From positions 128,001 to 192,000 of the forward strand of contig OZ219752.1 of the NCBI GenBank assembly GCA_964291315.2: a DNA stretch of 64,000 bases. Direction: 5' to 3'. Each line of letters starts with the position of its first letter. The first letter of the stretch is position 1. Below, piece after piece: positions 31,241-40,366 of this stretch. The translations under genes and the position numbers were made by a program. This stretch comes from Candidatus Poribacteria bacterium. GTDB taxonomy: Bacteria; Poribacteria; WGA-4E; WGA-3G. Below the pieces are notes generated by a model that had not been told where the DNA came from, did not search any database, and saw only the letters and a program-made list of their open reading frames with translations.

Positions 31241-32257
31241 ATGAAAGTTATTGTTTTCGAAAAAATTCAGCAATTACGTGTGCGCGAAGTGCCTATTCCT
31301 ACTCTCACTGCCGGCGATGTGCTTATTCAGATGGAGCTGTGCGGGATATGCGCTTCCGACCTCGCCGCCCTCCGCGGAGATGTGTCCGATTACACGCCCC
31401 CCGTCGTCATGGGCCATGAGCTCGCGGGTGTGGTTGTAGAGAGCCGACATCCGGATGTCAAGACCGGTGAACGTGTTACCGTCAACCCGATGCTTTCCTG
31501 CGGGGCATGCACAGAATGTCAGAATGATCTTGACAAGTACTGCAATAGCATCGAAGGTATCGGACACGATGTAGATGGTGGCTACGCCGAATACATGCGT
31601 ATGCCGAAACACGGCGTAGATACTGGAAAACTGATCCGAGTCCCAGACAGCATTCCATATGAAGAATTACTGTTCTTAGAACCGTTGGGATGCTGTCTAA
31701 ATGCTATGCGCGAAACCCTTTTCAAAGACTCCGTTGCTATCCTCGGTGCAGGTCCTATCGGGCTAATGTTCACCCAACTCGCAAAACGAGCAGGTTTAGC
31801 CACTTATGTGCTAGACCCGTTACCACACCGCAGAAGGATAGCAGAAATGCTCAATGCCGACCAAGCTTTTGAACCGTCGCGTGAAGCTATCGCAGCACTC
31901 CAAGACCTCACCCGTGGCGGGGTTGATACCGTCATCTCCGCAACGACTAACAACGCCTCGGCAATTGCACTCGCTTTTAAGATTGTACGTAGAGGCGGTT
32001 GCCTCAACTTCTTCGGGCTTGCCCCGGAAGACCAAGAAATTCGCGTGAACTTAGAGGAATTACACTACAGCGGTCACAAACTGATGGCATCTTGGGCGTT
32101 CTCTCGTGCTAGTCTCGAAGAATCGCGGCAACTCCTCATCGAGAAAGCCCTCGACTTTGAACCGATCCTGACCGATCGATTTCCAATTGAACACGGCCTA
32201 GCAGCATTCGATAATGCTGCTGCACAACGCGGTGTCAAGACTGTCGTACATCCATGA
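31241..32257 (+). CDS. Zinc-dependent alcohol/polyol dehydrogenase
   Basis: 'CGICASD', 'GHE', 'CGAC.EC.....YC', 'EPL', 'GAGPIG'. Confidence 0.92.
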   Translation: MKVIVFEKIQQLRVREVPIPTLTAGDVLIQMELCGICASDLAALRGDVSDYTPPVVMGHELAGVVVESRHPDVKTGERVTVNPMLSCGACTECQNDLDKYCNSIEGIGHDVDGGYAEYMRMPKHGVDTGKLIRVPDSIPYEELLFLEPLGCCLNAMRETLFKDSVAILGAGPIGLMFTQLAKRAGLATYVLDPLPHRRRIAEMLNADQAFEPSREAIAALQDLTRGGVDTVISATTNNASAIALAFKIVRRGGCLNFFGLAPEDQEIRVNLEELHYSGHKLMASWAFSRASLEESRQLLIEKALDFEPILTDRFPIEHGLAAFDNAAAQRGVKTVVHP

Positions 32258-32353
32258 TAGATATACCAATCATATGAAAGACAGCACATGAAAATAGCGA
32301 AAACTAAATTACCTAACCTATTAACGGGAGTTTGAAAAATAATTGGCTGTTTT

Positions 32354-32382
32354 TTGTTCAAAGAGAATCTTTTTAGTATAAT
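32354..32382 (+). promoter_or_regulatory. Putative sigma70 promoter (copy 1 of a conserved module)
   Basis: TTGTTC-AAAGAGAATCTTTTTAG-TATAAT, 17-bp spacer. Confidence 0.6.
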
Positions 32383-32385
32383 AAC

Positions 32386-32675
32386 GCGGATAGCGGTTAT
32401 ATCTCCAAAAAGTCCGTCAGGGAATGCCTCCTGCAGCAAGGTATAAACTGAGGTTACACAGTCCGGGGCAACAGGGGTCTGCTAGCGGAGTGTTGAAAAT
32501 ACAAGGGTAGTTGGAACACTCCCAACATAGGAACTTTGAAAATTGTTTCGTCAATATTTTCTCCACACTAACTAATGGTATATCCGTTCTCGGAAATAGG
32601 TTCCACGTTGAACGGTTCTGAATTTTAGTAAGGACACGATGGACAAAGCCGCCGTAAAACGCTAACCTTTTTTAT
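32386..32675 (+). ncRNA. Candidate structured ncRNA of unknown class
   Basis: Follows a promoter, has no ORF on +, shows 5'/3' complementarity (GTCCGTC/GATGGAC; GGATAGCG/CGCTAACC), internal stems, and a 3' T tract. Confidence 0.35.
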
Positions 32676-32866
32676 CTATGTTAAAGTATTAACATCCGTC
32701 GGAAATAGCCGGAACTAAATCGATCTGTCTCTTTGATTTGACTTTGTTGCATTTTTGTAGTATCTTTAAATTGGACGTTACGACATTTTAGCCGAATTGT
32801 AAACCCCGTATAAGGAGATACCAGTTTTCGGTGTGCCTCGTAGATACCGAAATTCACGCTAAAAAT

Positions 32867-33706
32867 ATGATTCTCGGTGCTCATGTATCCACGTCAGGAG
32901 GCATACACAATGCCATCAAAAACGGGACCAACCTCAATTGTGAAGCAATACAGATTTTCCTGAGAAACCCAAATCAATGGCGAGGGAAAACACCTACTAA
33001 CGCTGTAAGTGAAAAGTTTCGAGCGGCGTGGACAGAAGCTGACATCTCTGATATAATCGTTCACGACATCCATCTCAGCAATCTCGCGTCTCCAAAACCG
33101 GATGTACTCGAAAAATCGAGACAAACCTTTCAGGCACAGATGGAACTTGCACAGACCCTTGGACTCCGCTACATCGTCACGCATCTCGGTGCACATCTTG
33201 GTGAGGGTGAGGGATTCGGACTAAAACGGTTGACTGAGAGTTTCGATCGGCTGTTCGAAAATGCCGAAGCACCGGAGGTTCTTGTTCTCCTCGAAACAAC
33301 CGCCGGACAAGGCACAAACCTCGGCTATCGTTTTGAACACATACGTGATGTGATTGGTATGTCGAAATATTCAGATCGGTTCGGTGTCTGTTTCGATACA
33401 TGTCATGTTTTCGCTGCCGGGTACGATATGCGAACCGAAGATAATTGTACCGCAACTTTCAGCCAATTTAATGATAAAGTCGGTTTAAACCGACTAAAAG
33501 CTTTTCATCTCAATGATGCGAAATCGACCTATAAGAGCCGGGTAGACCGCCATGAACACATCGGTGAAGGTAATATCGGCATATCAGCCTTCACTTATAT
33601 TCTCAATGATCCCCGCTTTACCAAAATCCCACTTATCATTGAAACACCAGAAATGAAAACCATGCATGAGGTCAACCTTTCAACGTTACGAAAACTAAAA
33701 GTGTGA
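32867..33706 (+). CDS. nfo: Endonuclease IV
   Basis: 'MILGAHVSTSGG', 'LLETTAGQG..LG', 'CFDTCH.FAAGYD', 'HLND', 'DRHEHIGEG', 'IIETP'. Confidence 0.96.
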   Translation: MILGAHVSTSGGIHNAIKNGTNLNCEAIQIFLRNPNQWRGKTPTNAVSEKFRAAWTEADISDIIVHDIHLSNLASPKPDVLEKSRQTFQAQMELAQTLGLRYIVTHLGAHLGEGEGFGLKRLTESFDRLFENAEAPEVLVLLETTAGQGTNLGYRFEHIRDVIGMSKYSDRFGVCFDTCHVFAAGYDMRTEDNCTATFSQFNDKVGLNRLKAFHLNDAKSTYKSRVDRHEHIGEGNIGISAFTYILNDPRFTKIPLIIETPEMKTMHEVNLSTLRKLKV

Positions 33707-34017
33707 TCTACGAACTCCTAAGCAAACTGCCTGAATTCATTTCCGTAAACACATATATGACTTTAACTTCAGTTTTCTCTTACCATTATCGATGCTGCAA
33801 TAGAACGTCAACACTAAACTGCCCTGTTGGCAATTTCTTCAGAAGATTTGCAATTCTGGGAACCATGAGAATAGGAAAACACCGCTGATATAAGAAGGAC
33901 TACAAAGAAACGCTATCTTTCCAGCAACCAGTTTTTCGATAAAACGTAGCATGTGTTTGTTTTTTACGTGGTTCATGGAGGGAATATTATTGAGATTCCA
34001 ACATAAGGAATAGAATT

Positions 34018-34224
34018 ATGGCAAAAATGAAGTTAAAAATCAGCGGTATGTCCTGCGAGCACTGCGTCAAAACTGTAACCGATGCCTTAACGGAACTTCC
34101 GGGCGTTCGGCGCGCGAAAGTGAACCTGCGTAAAGGCGCAGCTGTCGTCCATTTCGATGAAGCTCGCGTTAACACTGAAAATTTCAGGGAAGCAATAGCG
34201 GTAACGGGATTTCGAATGCTTTAA
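34018..34224 (+). CDS. Heavy-metal-associated (CopZ-like) chaperone
   Basis: 'ISGMSCEHCV' HMA motif, 68 aa, AAGGA RBS. Confidence 0.9.
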   Translation: MAKMKLKISGMSCEHCVKTVTDALTELPGVRRAKVNLRKGAAVVHFDEARVNTENFREAIAVTGFRML

Positions 34225-34458
34225 TCTAGTGGTAATCCTTTACGTTCCTCTTAGTCAGTACATATCCGATGGAAAAGGTCATATTACCTCTCTGATTAGA
34301 CGAGTTTATAATTGCTTACGAGTAAACGATGTTAAGATTATGAGCGAATAAACACGAGAATGATCGTGGAGACACCCTAGAAACTGGCGGGCTTGAAATC
34401 CGAATAGTGCAATGACTACGGTTGCTGCCTAACACCAAAAAACCTTAAGATGTGACCT

Positions 34459-35748
34459 ATGGACACAGCAAAAATTCAGGTTAAAGCAGGCAATGGCGGA
34501 AACGGATGTATCAGTTTTCGCAGAGAGAAATTTGTTCCGCGTGGGGGACCCGATGGTGGCGATGGCGGGAACGGTGGGAATATCATCCTCGTCGCCACCC
34601 AAGGAATAAGCACGCTGATTGATCTACACCATAACCCGCGTCAGGTCGCTGAGAACGGGGGACACGGCTCGGGAAAACGACGCAGCGGTGCCGATGGTGC
34701 CGACCATTTGATTAAAGTTCCAGCCGGCACTATCATCAGAGATCAGGACACGCTGAAGATGCTTGCAGATCTGACGGAACCCGAGCAAACCGTTGTTGTT
34801 GCACGTGGTGGTATCGGTGGAAAGGGCAATGCTCGCTTTAAAAGCAGCACCTTCCAAGCACCGCGTGTCGCAGAGAGAGGAGAGCCCGGAGAAGAACGCG
34901 AGGTGCGGCTTGAGGTTAAACTCATTGCTGATGTTGGACTCGTCGGCTACCCCAACGCTGGTAAGTCGACGCTCCTTGCTCGAACCTCCGCTGCGACCCC
35001 GAAAATCGCCGCTTATCCGTTCACCACACTCCGGCCTAATTTAGGAGTTGTTCGCATCTCTCTAGAACAGAATTTTATCCTCGCCGATATTCCTGGACTG
35101 ATAGAAGGGGCACACAAGGGAGCAGGTTTAGGCCACCAATTTCTACGCCACATTGAGCGGACTAAGATGCTCATTCATGTTATCGACCTGAGTGCAGCAG
35201 ATGGAAGAGACCCTATTACTGATTACGAAAAACTAAACCAAGAGTTGAGACATTACAACGAACTACTAACGAAACTTCCACAAATTATTACCCTAAATAA
35301 GATAGATATGCCCGAAGCAAAGGCGAACCTAGCGCGTGTTCAGGAATACTTCGGTCAACAGAAAATCTTTCCTACCTCTGCGGTTACGGGTGAGGGGATT
35401 AATGTGCTCATGAAGCAGGCATACCGTTCCTTACAACACCTTGAAACGCGAGCTCGGAAGAAAGCGGAGACGACGAACACGGTTAACCTCGAACTACCAC
35501 CTGAGCCTGCAACACGGTTTGAACTCGTTAAAACCGGAGATAGATTTATCGTCAGCGGCACAGAAGCACAGCGTGCTGTCCTAATGACAGATATAGAAAA
35601 CGAACAAGCATTGATTTTGTTGCATCGGAAGTTGAAAAATATTGGAGTGATAAATGCCCTCGCGCGCGCAGGCGCGACGGAAGGGGACACAGTTAAGATT
35701 GATGAATTCGAGTTCACCTATAACCCAAGAACAGTGCAGTCCAAATGA
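34459..35748 (+). CDS. obgE: GTPase ObgE/CgtA
   Basis: 'SFRREKFVPRGGPDGGDGG', 'VGYPNAGKST', 'YPFTTL', 'DIPGLIEGA', 'NKID', C-terminal DUF1967-like region. Confidence 0.97.
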   Translation: MDTAKIQVKAGNGGNGCISFRREKFVPRGGPDGGDGGNGGNIILVATQGISTLIDLHHNPRQVAENGGHGSGKRRSGADGADHLIKVPAGTIIRDQDTLKMLADLTEPEQTVVVARGGIGGKGNARFKSSTFQAPRVAERGEPGEEREVRLEVKLIADVGLVGYPNAGKSTLLARTSAATPKIAAYPFTTLRPNLGVVRISLEQNFILADIPGLIEGAHKGAGLGHQFLRHIERTKMLIHVIDLSAADGRDPITDYEKLNQELRHYNELLTKLPQIITLNKIDMPEAKANLARVQEYFGQQKIFPTSAVTGEGINVLMKQAYRSLQHLETRARKKAETTNTVNLELPPEPATRFELVKTGDRFIVSGTEAQRAVLMTDIENEQALILLHRKLKNIGVINALARAGATEGDTVKIDEFEFTYNPRTVQSK

Positions 35749-36865
35749 GGCACGCGCCTGTCTGTCGCGCGTGAGACGCATCGTCGTGAAGGTCGGTAGC
35801 AGCACGATCACAGATGATGGTTACCTCAATGAAGTCGCTCTAGATGGGCTGGTCCACGATTTAGCCCTCATCAAAAAAAGTGGTATAGAGGTTATTCTCG
35901 TTACGTCGGGGGCAATCGCCGCGGGGTGGCCTCAACTCGGGCTGAAACAACGGCCCCGGACGCTCCCGCATTTACAAGCTGCCGCTGCTATTGGACAGAT
36001 TCGGTTGATGGCGGCATACGAAGAACGGTTCAGTAATTACGAACAGCACACCGCGCTTATGCTCCTCACACGCGACGACTTCTCGGACCGGAAGCGCTAC
36101 ACACGTATGAATGATACTCTTCGTACACTCCTCCACTTTGGCGCGATTCCGATAATCAATGAAAACGACACCGTTGCAATTGACGAAATTAAGGTCGGTG
36201 ATAACGATGCCCTCTCCGCTTACGTAACGAATCTTGCCCAAGCCGAACTCCTCGTTATCCTTTCTGATCAAGCAGGTCTTTACACTGCCGACCCGAGACA
36301 CAATCCGAACTCAGAATTCATTGACACCGTCAAGACAATTTCAGGAGAGATGCGGCAGGCCGCTGGTGAGGCTGGTACAACAAGCGGCACGGGCGGAATG
36401 GTGACAAAACTGCAAGCTGCTGACATTGTCACTGGATCTGGTGAAACGATGATCCTAGCATACGGGCGAGAACCGCTCGTCGTGACAAGACTCTTGAAGG
36501 GTGAGCCCCTCGGAACCCTCTTCCTCCCGCAATCACGTATCTCTGGACGAAAGCGATGGATAGCCTATTCTCGTCCTCCGAAAGGCAGACTTATTGTAGA
36601 TAATGGGGCGCAGAATGCCCTCGTGCAAGGCGGTAAAAGTCTACTTCCCGCCGGGATCCGACGCGTCGAAGGGAGTTTTGACTATAGCGATACCGTTTCG
36701 TGCCTCACGGAAAACGGCGTGGAATTTGCACGCGGCTTGGTAAATTATAACGCCCTAGAAACCACGAAACTCACAGGAAAACACACCAAAGAGATTGAAA
36801 AAATCCTCGGATACCGCGATTACGACGAAATCATACACCGAGATAATCTCGTACTACTTGATTAA
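35702..36865 (+). CDS. proB: Glutamate 5-kinase with PUA domain
   Basis: 'VVKVGSS', 'TSGAIAAG', 'INENDTV', 'GDND', 'GTGGMVTK'. Nearest in-frame ATG is 35702, overlapping the obgE 3' end. Confidence 0.95.
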   Translation: MNSSSPITQEQCSPNEARACLSRVRRIVVKVGSSTITDDGYLNEVALDGLVHDLALIKKSGIEVILVTSGAIAAGWPQLGLKQRPRTLPHLQAAAAIGQIRLMAAYEERFSNYEQHTALMLLTRDDFSDRKRYTRMNDTLRTLLHFGAIPIINENDTVAIDEIKVGDNDALSAYVTNLAQAELLVILSDQAGLYTADPRHNPNSEFIDTVKTISGEMRQAAGEAGTTSGTGGMVTKLQAADIVTGSGETMILAYGREPLVVTRLLKGEPLGTLFLPQSRISGRKRWIAYSRPPKGRLIVDNGAQNALVQGGKSLLPAGIRRVEGSFDYSDTVSCLTENGVEFARGLVNYNALETTKLTGKHTKEIEKILGYRDYDEIIHRDNLVLLD

Positions 36866-36908
36866 CTTTCCGTTGTCCGATAATCCTAAGATCCTATAAA
36901 TCTTAATT

Positions 36909-37291
36909 TTAACTCAGCGTTGAAACAGTCCTCTGAAGGTGATACGGATAGCCCAACGGCAACCGATCGAAGTAATACAGATTGTCTTCAGGCCCACCGC
37001 CGCGCACAGACAGAATACCAACGAAATCGTTTAGAATCCCCACACTTGGTAAGCTGTTTAGCGCACGAACCGGAGCCCCGCCGCTCCCTATCGCACTCCG
37101 AATTGCCTGCCCCTAAAAATATAACGCGGTTTCTTTTTTTACCGTTCTGCTTCCGTCTCTATTCTGTGGAAGGTGTGAACTTCCTCTGATGCGTCGCTCT
37201 CTGCTGAAACTGACTTGACCGCGTCATCGTCGGCTTGCGTGAAGACATATAACACGCCTGTCAGCATGAAAAGGGTTCATATCTGTCTCAT
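36909..37291 (-). pseudogene. Degraded, truncated TonB-dependent receptor remnant
   Basis: Minus-strand translation 'GSGGAPVRALNSLPSVGILNDFVGILSVRGGGPEDNLYYFDRLPLGYPYHL' matches the plug region of the adjacent receptor. Premature stops and a frameshift lie upstream. Confidence 0.8.
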
Positions 37292-37313
37292 GTTCTCACC
37301 CTATAAAGAATGA

Positions 37314-39560
37314 TTAAAATTCTGCTGTAATCCCTAAATAAGGAAGGATGGGAAACTGATTGATGTCCTCTCTTCTTTCACGGCAGTTCTCTGCTGTCAG
37401 ACAATCATCGGGGTAATCGAAATCGAGCAAGTTGGCACGGTTATAGGTGTTCAGGAGTTCGAGGAACGTTCCGAGCTTCCAACTGCCGAATTCGAAGGTT
37501 TTACTGATGCGTAGATCCAACCTATGATAGGATGGCAACCGGTCTGAATTGGTTTCTGCGTAAATGGGGATAAAGAGCGACTGTCCGTCTCGCGGGTCGA
37601 TCTGCTGCGTCGCACCTTCACGTGGCGTATACGGGTTCCCTGTTCGATACTGCCACTTTGCACCGAATTCCAAAGTTGGCGTGAGGTTATAACTTGCGGC
37701 GATTGTAGCGACGTGGGTCTGATCAGATGAATAGAGGCGATATGGCTCCCCCGGACGATAGCGGCGTTCAGAGATGGCGTACGCATAGGAGACCCAACCG
37801 AAAAACCGTTCCCCGCTGCGATGCCGTAGAAACACCTCGGCACCTTGCGCGTAACCCGTGCCTTGATTGAGATATGCATCTTCTTCGTCAGCAGTCACTA
37901 AACCTCTTAAGTCTTTGTAATAACCGGCGATTTTGATCTCTGTATCTTGCGAAAGCTGCCGTTTAAGTTCGAGAACATAGTGACTCGCCCGACTAGACTT
38001 CAAATCTGGGTTTCCTAAATTTGGTGATAGGAATAACGTTGGTAGTGGTGTCTGATTGTAAATTCCGTAAGCAAATTGAAGATCGGTGGCATTTGGGAGT
38101 TCCACTAGCACGCTCCCGCGCGGTTGGATAGAAAGTTGATCAATACGGCTGAAGTAATCGAAACGGAGCCCAAACACAACCGATAGGAACGGCAACACTG
38201 TATACCTGTCCTGCAGGTAACCTTCGAGGCGCCGCCCGAGTGCAGACTCATCTAAAGGCACCTTTTCCTCAAGTCTGATATCAAAGTTGACATCGCTATC
38301 ATCGGGGATCCGTATGGAAGTACCAGTCACCTGTTCTGGCTCAAGTCCAAGAATTAGTCCTGATTCCAAGCGATGCACTGTGTTCAGCTCATATGTAACG
38401 TCTTCGCGGAGGGTATAAACGGGGGCATCAATCTTCAGGGCAAGGGTTGAGCCAACATTGATATCAAACAAGAAATCCGAACGGGTTAAGGATAAAAACG
38501 AGGTGAGTCGATCTGTGAATGCCGACCGGAGATGGATGCCCGCCCCTTCGAAACCGCTCTCAAAACTGGTATTCCCTCTAAAATCTACGTCTACGTCTTC
38601 ACCATCCAGCTTCAGTGCAAACCGGTCCCCTGAGGCGAAGAGATTAAAGAAGAGTTGATGCCTTTCGTTCAGATCGTATCCGGCCTTGAGTTGGTAATCC
38701 CAGAAACGCGGAAAAGCAGTGATGGCACCCTCGTCAAAAGACAATGATCCAATGAAGAGGTCGAGGTAACTCCTGCGGCCCGCGGCATACCAGAACCCAT
38801 TTTTACCAATCTTACCTTGCAGGAGCCCCTCTGAATAGAGAAGGTTGAGATTAAATTTTCCGTGCAGATCCGCGGGGCTATCGCGCTGTGAATAGATGTC
38901 AATCACGGCTTGAGAATCCACGCCATACTCAGCGCCATAGCCCCCGGCGTAGACATCAATTCGATCGATGATTTCGGAACTTAAGGACGAGACGATCCCA
39001 CCAAAATGGTAAGGGTAACCGACGGGGACTCTGTCGAAATAGTAAAGATTATCGTCATCAGAACCGCCACGGATATACAGCTCGCCCGTGAAGTCGTTTG
39101 CGACGCCGATCCCGGGAATAGCTGGAAGTGCGCGGAGTGCGTCGCCCGCTGTGCCCGGCAGGCGTGTAATTTCTTGGGCTTGGATGCTCTTCTTGCTGAC
39201 AGTCTTAGGGGCACGCTCCCCGGTTACCTCGACTTCTTCAAGACGGTATTCGGCTGTTCCGAGGTAAATCTCGGGTTTGACGGTTTCTCCTGCGACGATC
39301 ATAACTAGGGTCTGCTGGGTTAATTGAGTATTGGGTTGGGTTGTAATCAAGGTGCAAATGCCTTCTGGGACGGCATTGAAAACGAACTTTCCATTCTCAT
39401 CTGTTGTTTGACGTTCATCGGTTTGAACAATTCTGACCTCTACGCCTGCTAATGGTTTCTGTGTGGTACTATCGTAAACGATTCCTTCAATTGTTCCTGT
39501 CTGGGAAAAAGCAGCACTCGGGACGAACAGGAGTATTAGTATGCAGAGAAATATTTTCAT
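37314..39560 (-). CDS. TonB-dependent receptor with N-terminal carboxypeptidase-regulatory-like domain
   Basis: Signal peptide, 'GTIEGIVYD', TonB-box-like 'LEEVEVTG', plug 'IRGG..DDNLYYFD', 'IDRIDVYAGG', C-terminal 'GITAEF'. Confidence 0.93.
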   Translation of the reverse strand: MKIFLCILILLFVPSAAFSQTGTIEGIVYDSTTQKPLAGVEVRIVQTDERQTTDENGKFVFNAVPEGICTLITTQPNTQLTQQTLVMIVAGETVKPEIYLGTAEYRLEEVEVTGERAPKTVSKKSIQAQEITRLPGTAGDALRALPAIPGIGVANDFTGELYIRGGSDDDNLYYFDRVPVGYPYHFGGIVSSLSSEIIDRIDVYAGGYGAEYGVDSQAVIDIYSQRDSPADLHGKFNLNLLYSEGLLQGKIGKNGFWYAAGRRSYLDLFIGSLSFDEGAITAFPRFWDYQLKAGYDLNERHQLFFNLFASGDRFALKLDGEDVDVDFRGNTSFESGFEGAGIHLRSAFTDRLTSFLSLTRSDFLFDINVGSTLALKIDAPVYTLREDVTYELNTVHRLESGLILGLEPEQVTGTSIRIPDDSDVNFDIRLEEKVPLDESALGRRLEGYLQDRYTVLPFLSVVFGLRFDYFSRIDQLSIQPRGSVLVELPNATDLQFAYGIYNQTPLPTLFLSPNLGNPDLKSSRASHYVLELKRQLSQDTEIKIAGYYKDLRGLVTADEEDAYLNQGTGYAQGAEVFLRHRSGERFFGWVSYAYAISERRYRPGEPYRLYSSDQTHVATIAASYNLTPTLEFGAKWQYRTGNPYTPREGATQQIDPRDGQSLFIPIYAETNSDRLPSYHRLDLRISKTFEFGSWKLGTFLELLNTYNRANLLDFDYPDDCLTAENCRERREDINQFPILPYLGITAEF

Positions 39561-39836
39561 AAGATTTAGCAACCTTTCTTAACTATATGTAGAAAAACGG
39601 TATCTGACGTATACAAACGTTAGCAGCCAGCAAAATGTTTGCGTGAAGCTGGCAATTACTTTTTTGGTATTTTAACGTGAGTTTGAAAAAAATTAGAGAT
39701 CCAAAAAGCATAGGGAACTCCGTTGAATGAAAGAAATTGAAGCTGACTATCCTATTTTCGGAACTATATTCTACTTGCTTTATTAGCAATACAATGCTAT
39801 AATTAACCTGAGTTTGATAATAGCTCTGTGTTTTCT

Positions 39837-39865
39837 TTGCCCAAACATAACCCTTTTAGTATAAT
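39837..39865 (+). promoter_or_regulatory. Putative sigma70 promoter (copy 2 of module)
   Basis: TTGCCC-AAACATAACCCTTTTAG-TATAAT. A further TTGCTT-17-TATAAT lies at 39775-39803. Confidence 0.55.
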
Positions 39866-40263
39866 AAGGTTAGAACGTTTTCACTAAGAGAAGTTCTCTA
39901 ATCTGTATTGTATTACTTTTCTGTGAGATGCGTATAATCGCTTGCTATTCGGGAAAGCGGCAAGCAGGCGCGAAGCAGATAGATAGGTGGAGCGCGGATG
40001 TGCTTTGGGGTAAATGGATAATCACTTGCTGTGTGTGAAGATAAAGGGGGGGGGTGAACTGCCTAAAAAGCAACAAAACAGCAGGTCTTACTAGATACGA
40101 AAACCGACGAATAGGGGCATTGGTGCTAAATAACACCGACGTTTCGGATAGAGGCTTGGTATACAGATTTTTCATGCGTCTCATTGATTAATTAACTGTG
40201 ATACGGTTAACGAAACCTATTAATTTTGCCTTGAGATTATCTGCTTTCACAGTTTGCATTTTA

Positions 40264-40292
40264 ATTATACTTTAGATTGTTAAATATGTCAA
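40264..40292 (-). promoter_or_regulatory. Perfect sigma70 promoter on the minus strand, facing the TonB receptor
   Basis: Reverse complement reads TTGACA-TATTTAACAATCTAAAG-TATAAT. Confidence 0.75.
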
Positions 40293-40337
40293 GGACTTTA
40301 TTTTAATGTGGATTTCATAAATAACTCCGTGTTCTCT

Positions 40338-40366
40338 TTCTCCAAAGAGAACTCCTTTAGTATAAT
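40338..40366 (+). promoter_or_regulatory. Putative sigma70 promoter (copy 3 of module) upstream of the Crp-like gene
   Basis: TTCTCC-AAAGAGAACTCCTTTAG-TATAAT. Confidence 0.55.

Noticed and set aside
32416-32437. TCAGG-N11-GCAGC, resembling SRP RNA domain IV
   Set aside because: Spacing matches, but the conserved CC-GNRA-GG tetraloop core is absent (GAATGCCTCCT instead), so it is not called SRP.
34360-34440. Possible tRNA-like sequence upstream of obgE
   Set aside because: No cloverleaf, no TTCRA T-loop in proper context and no CCA end.
36920-37189. 89-aa + strand ORF after proB
   Set aside because: Antisense to the TonB-receptor pseudogene; no independent coding evidence.
39573-40260. Cobalamin riboswitch upstream of the TonB-dependent receptor
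   Set aside because: B12-box and GCCACTG/GGGAAG hallmarks were not found on the minus strand.
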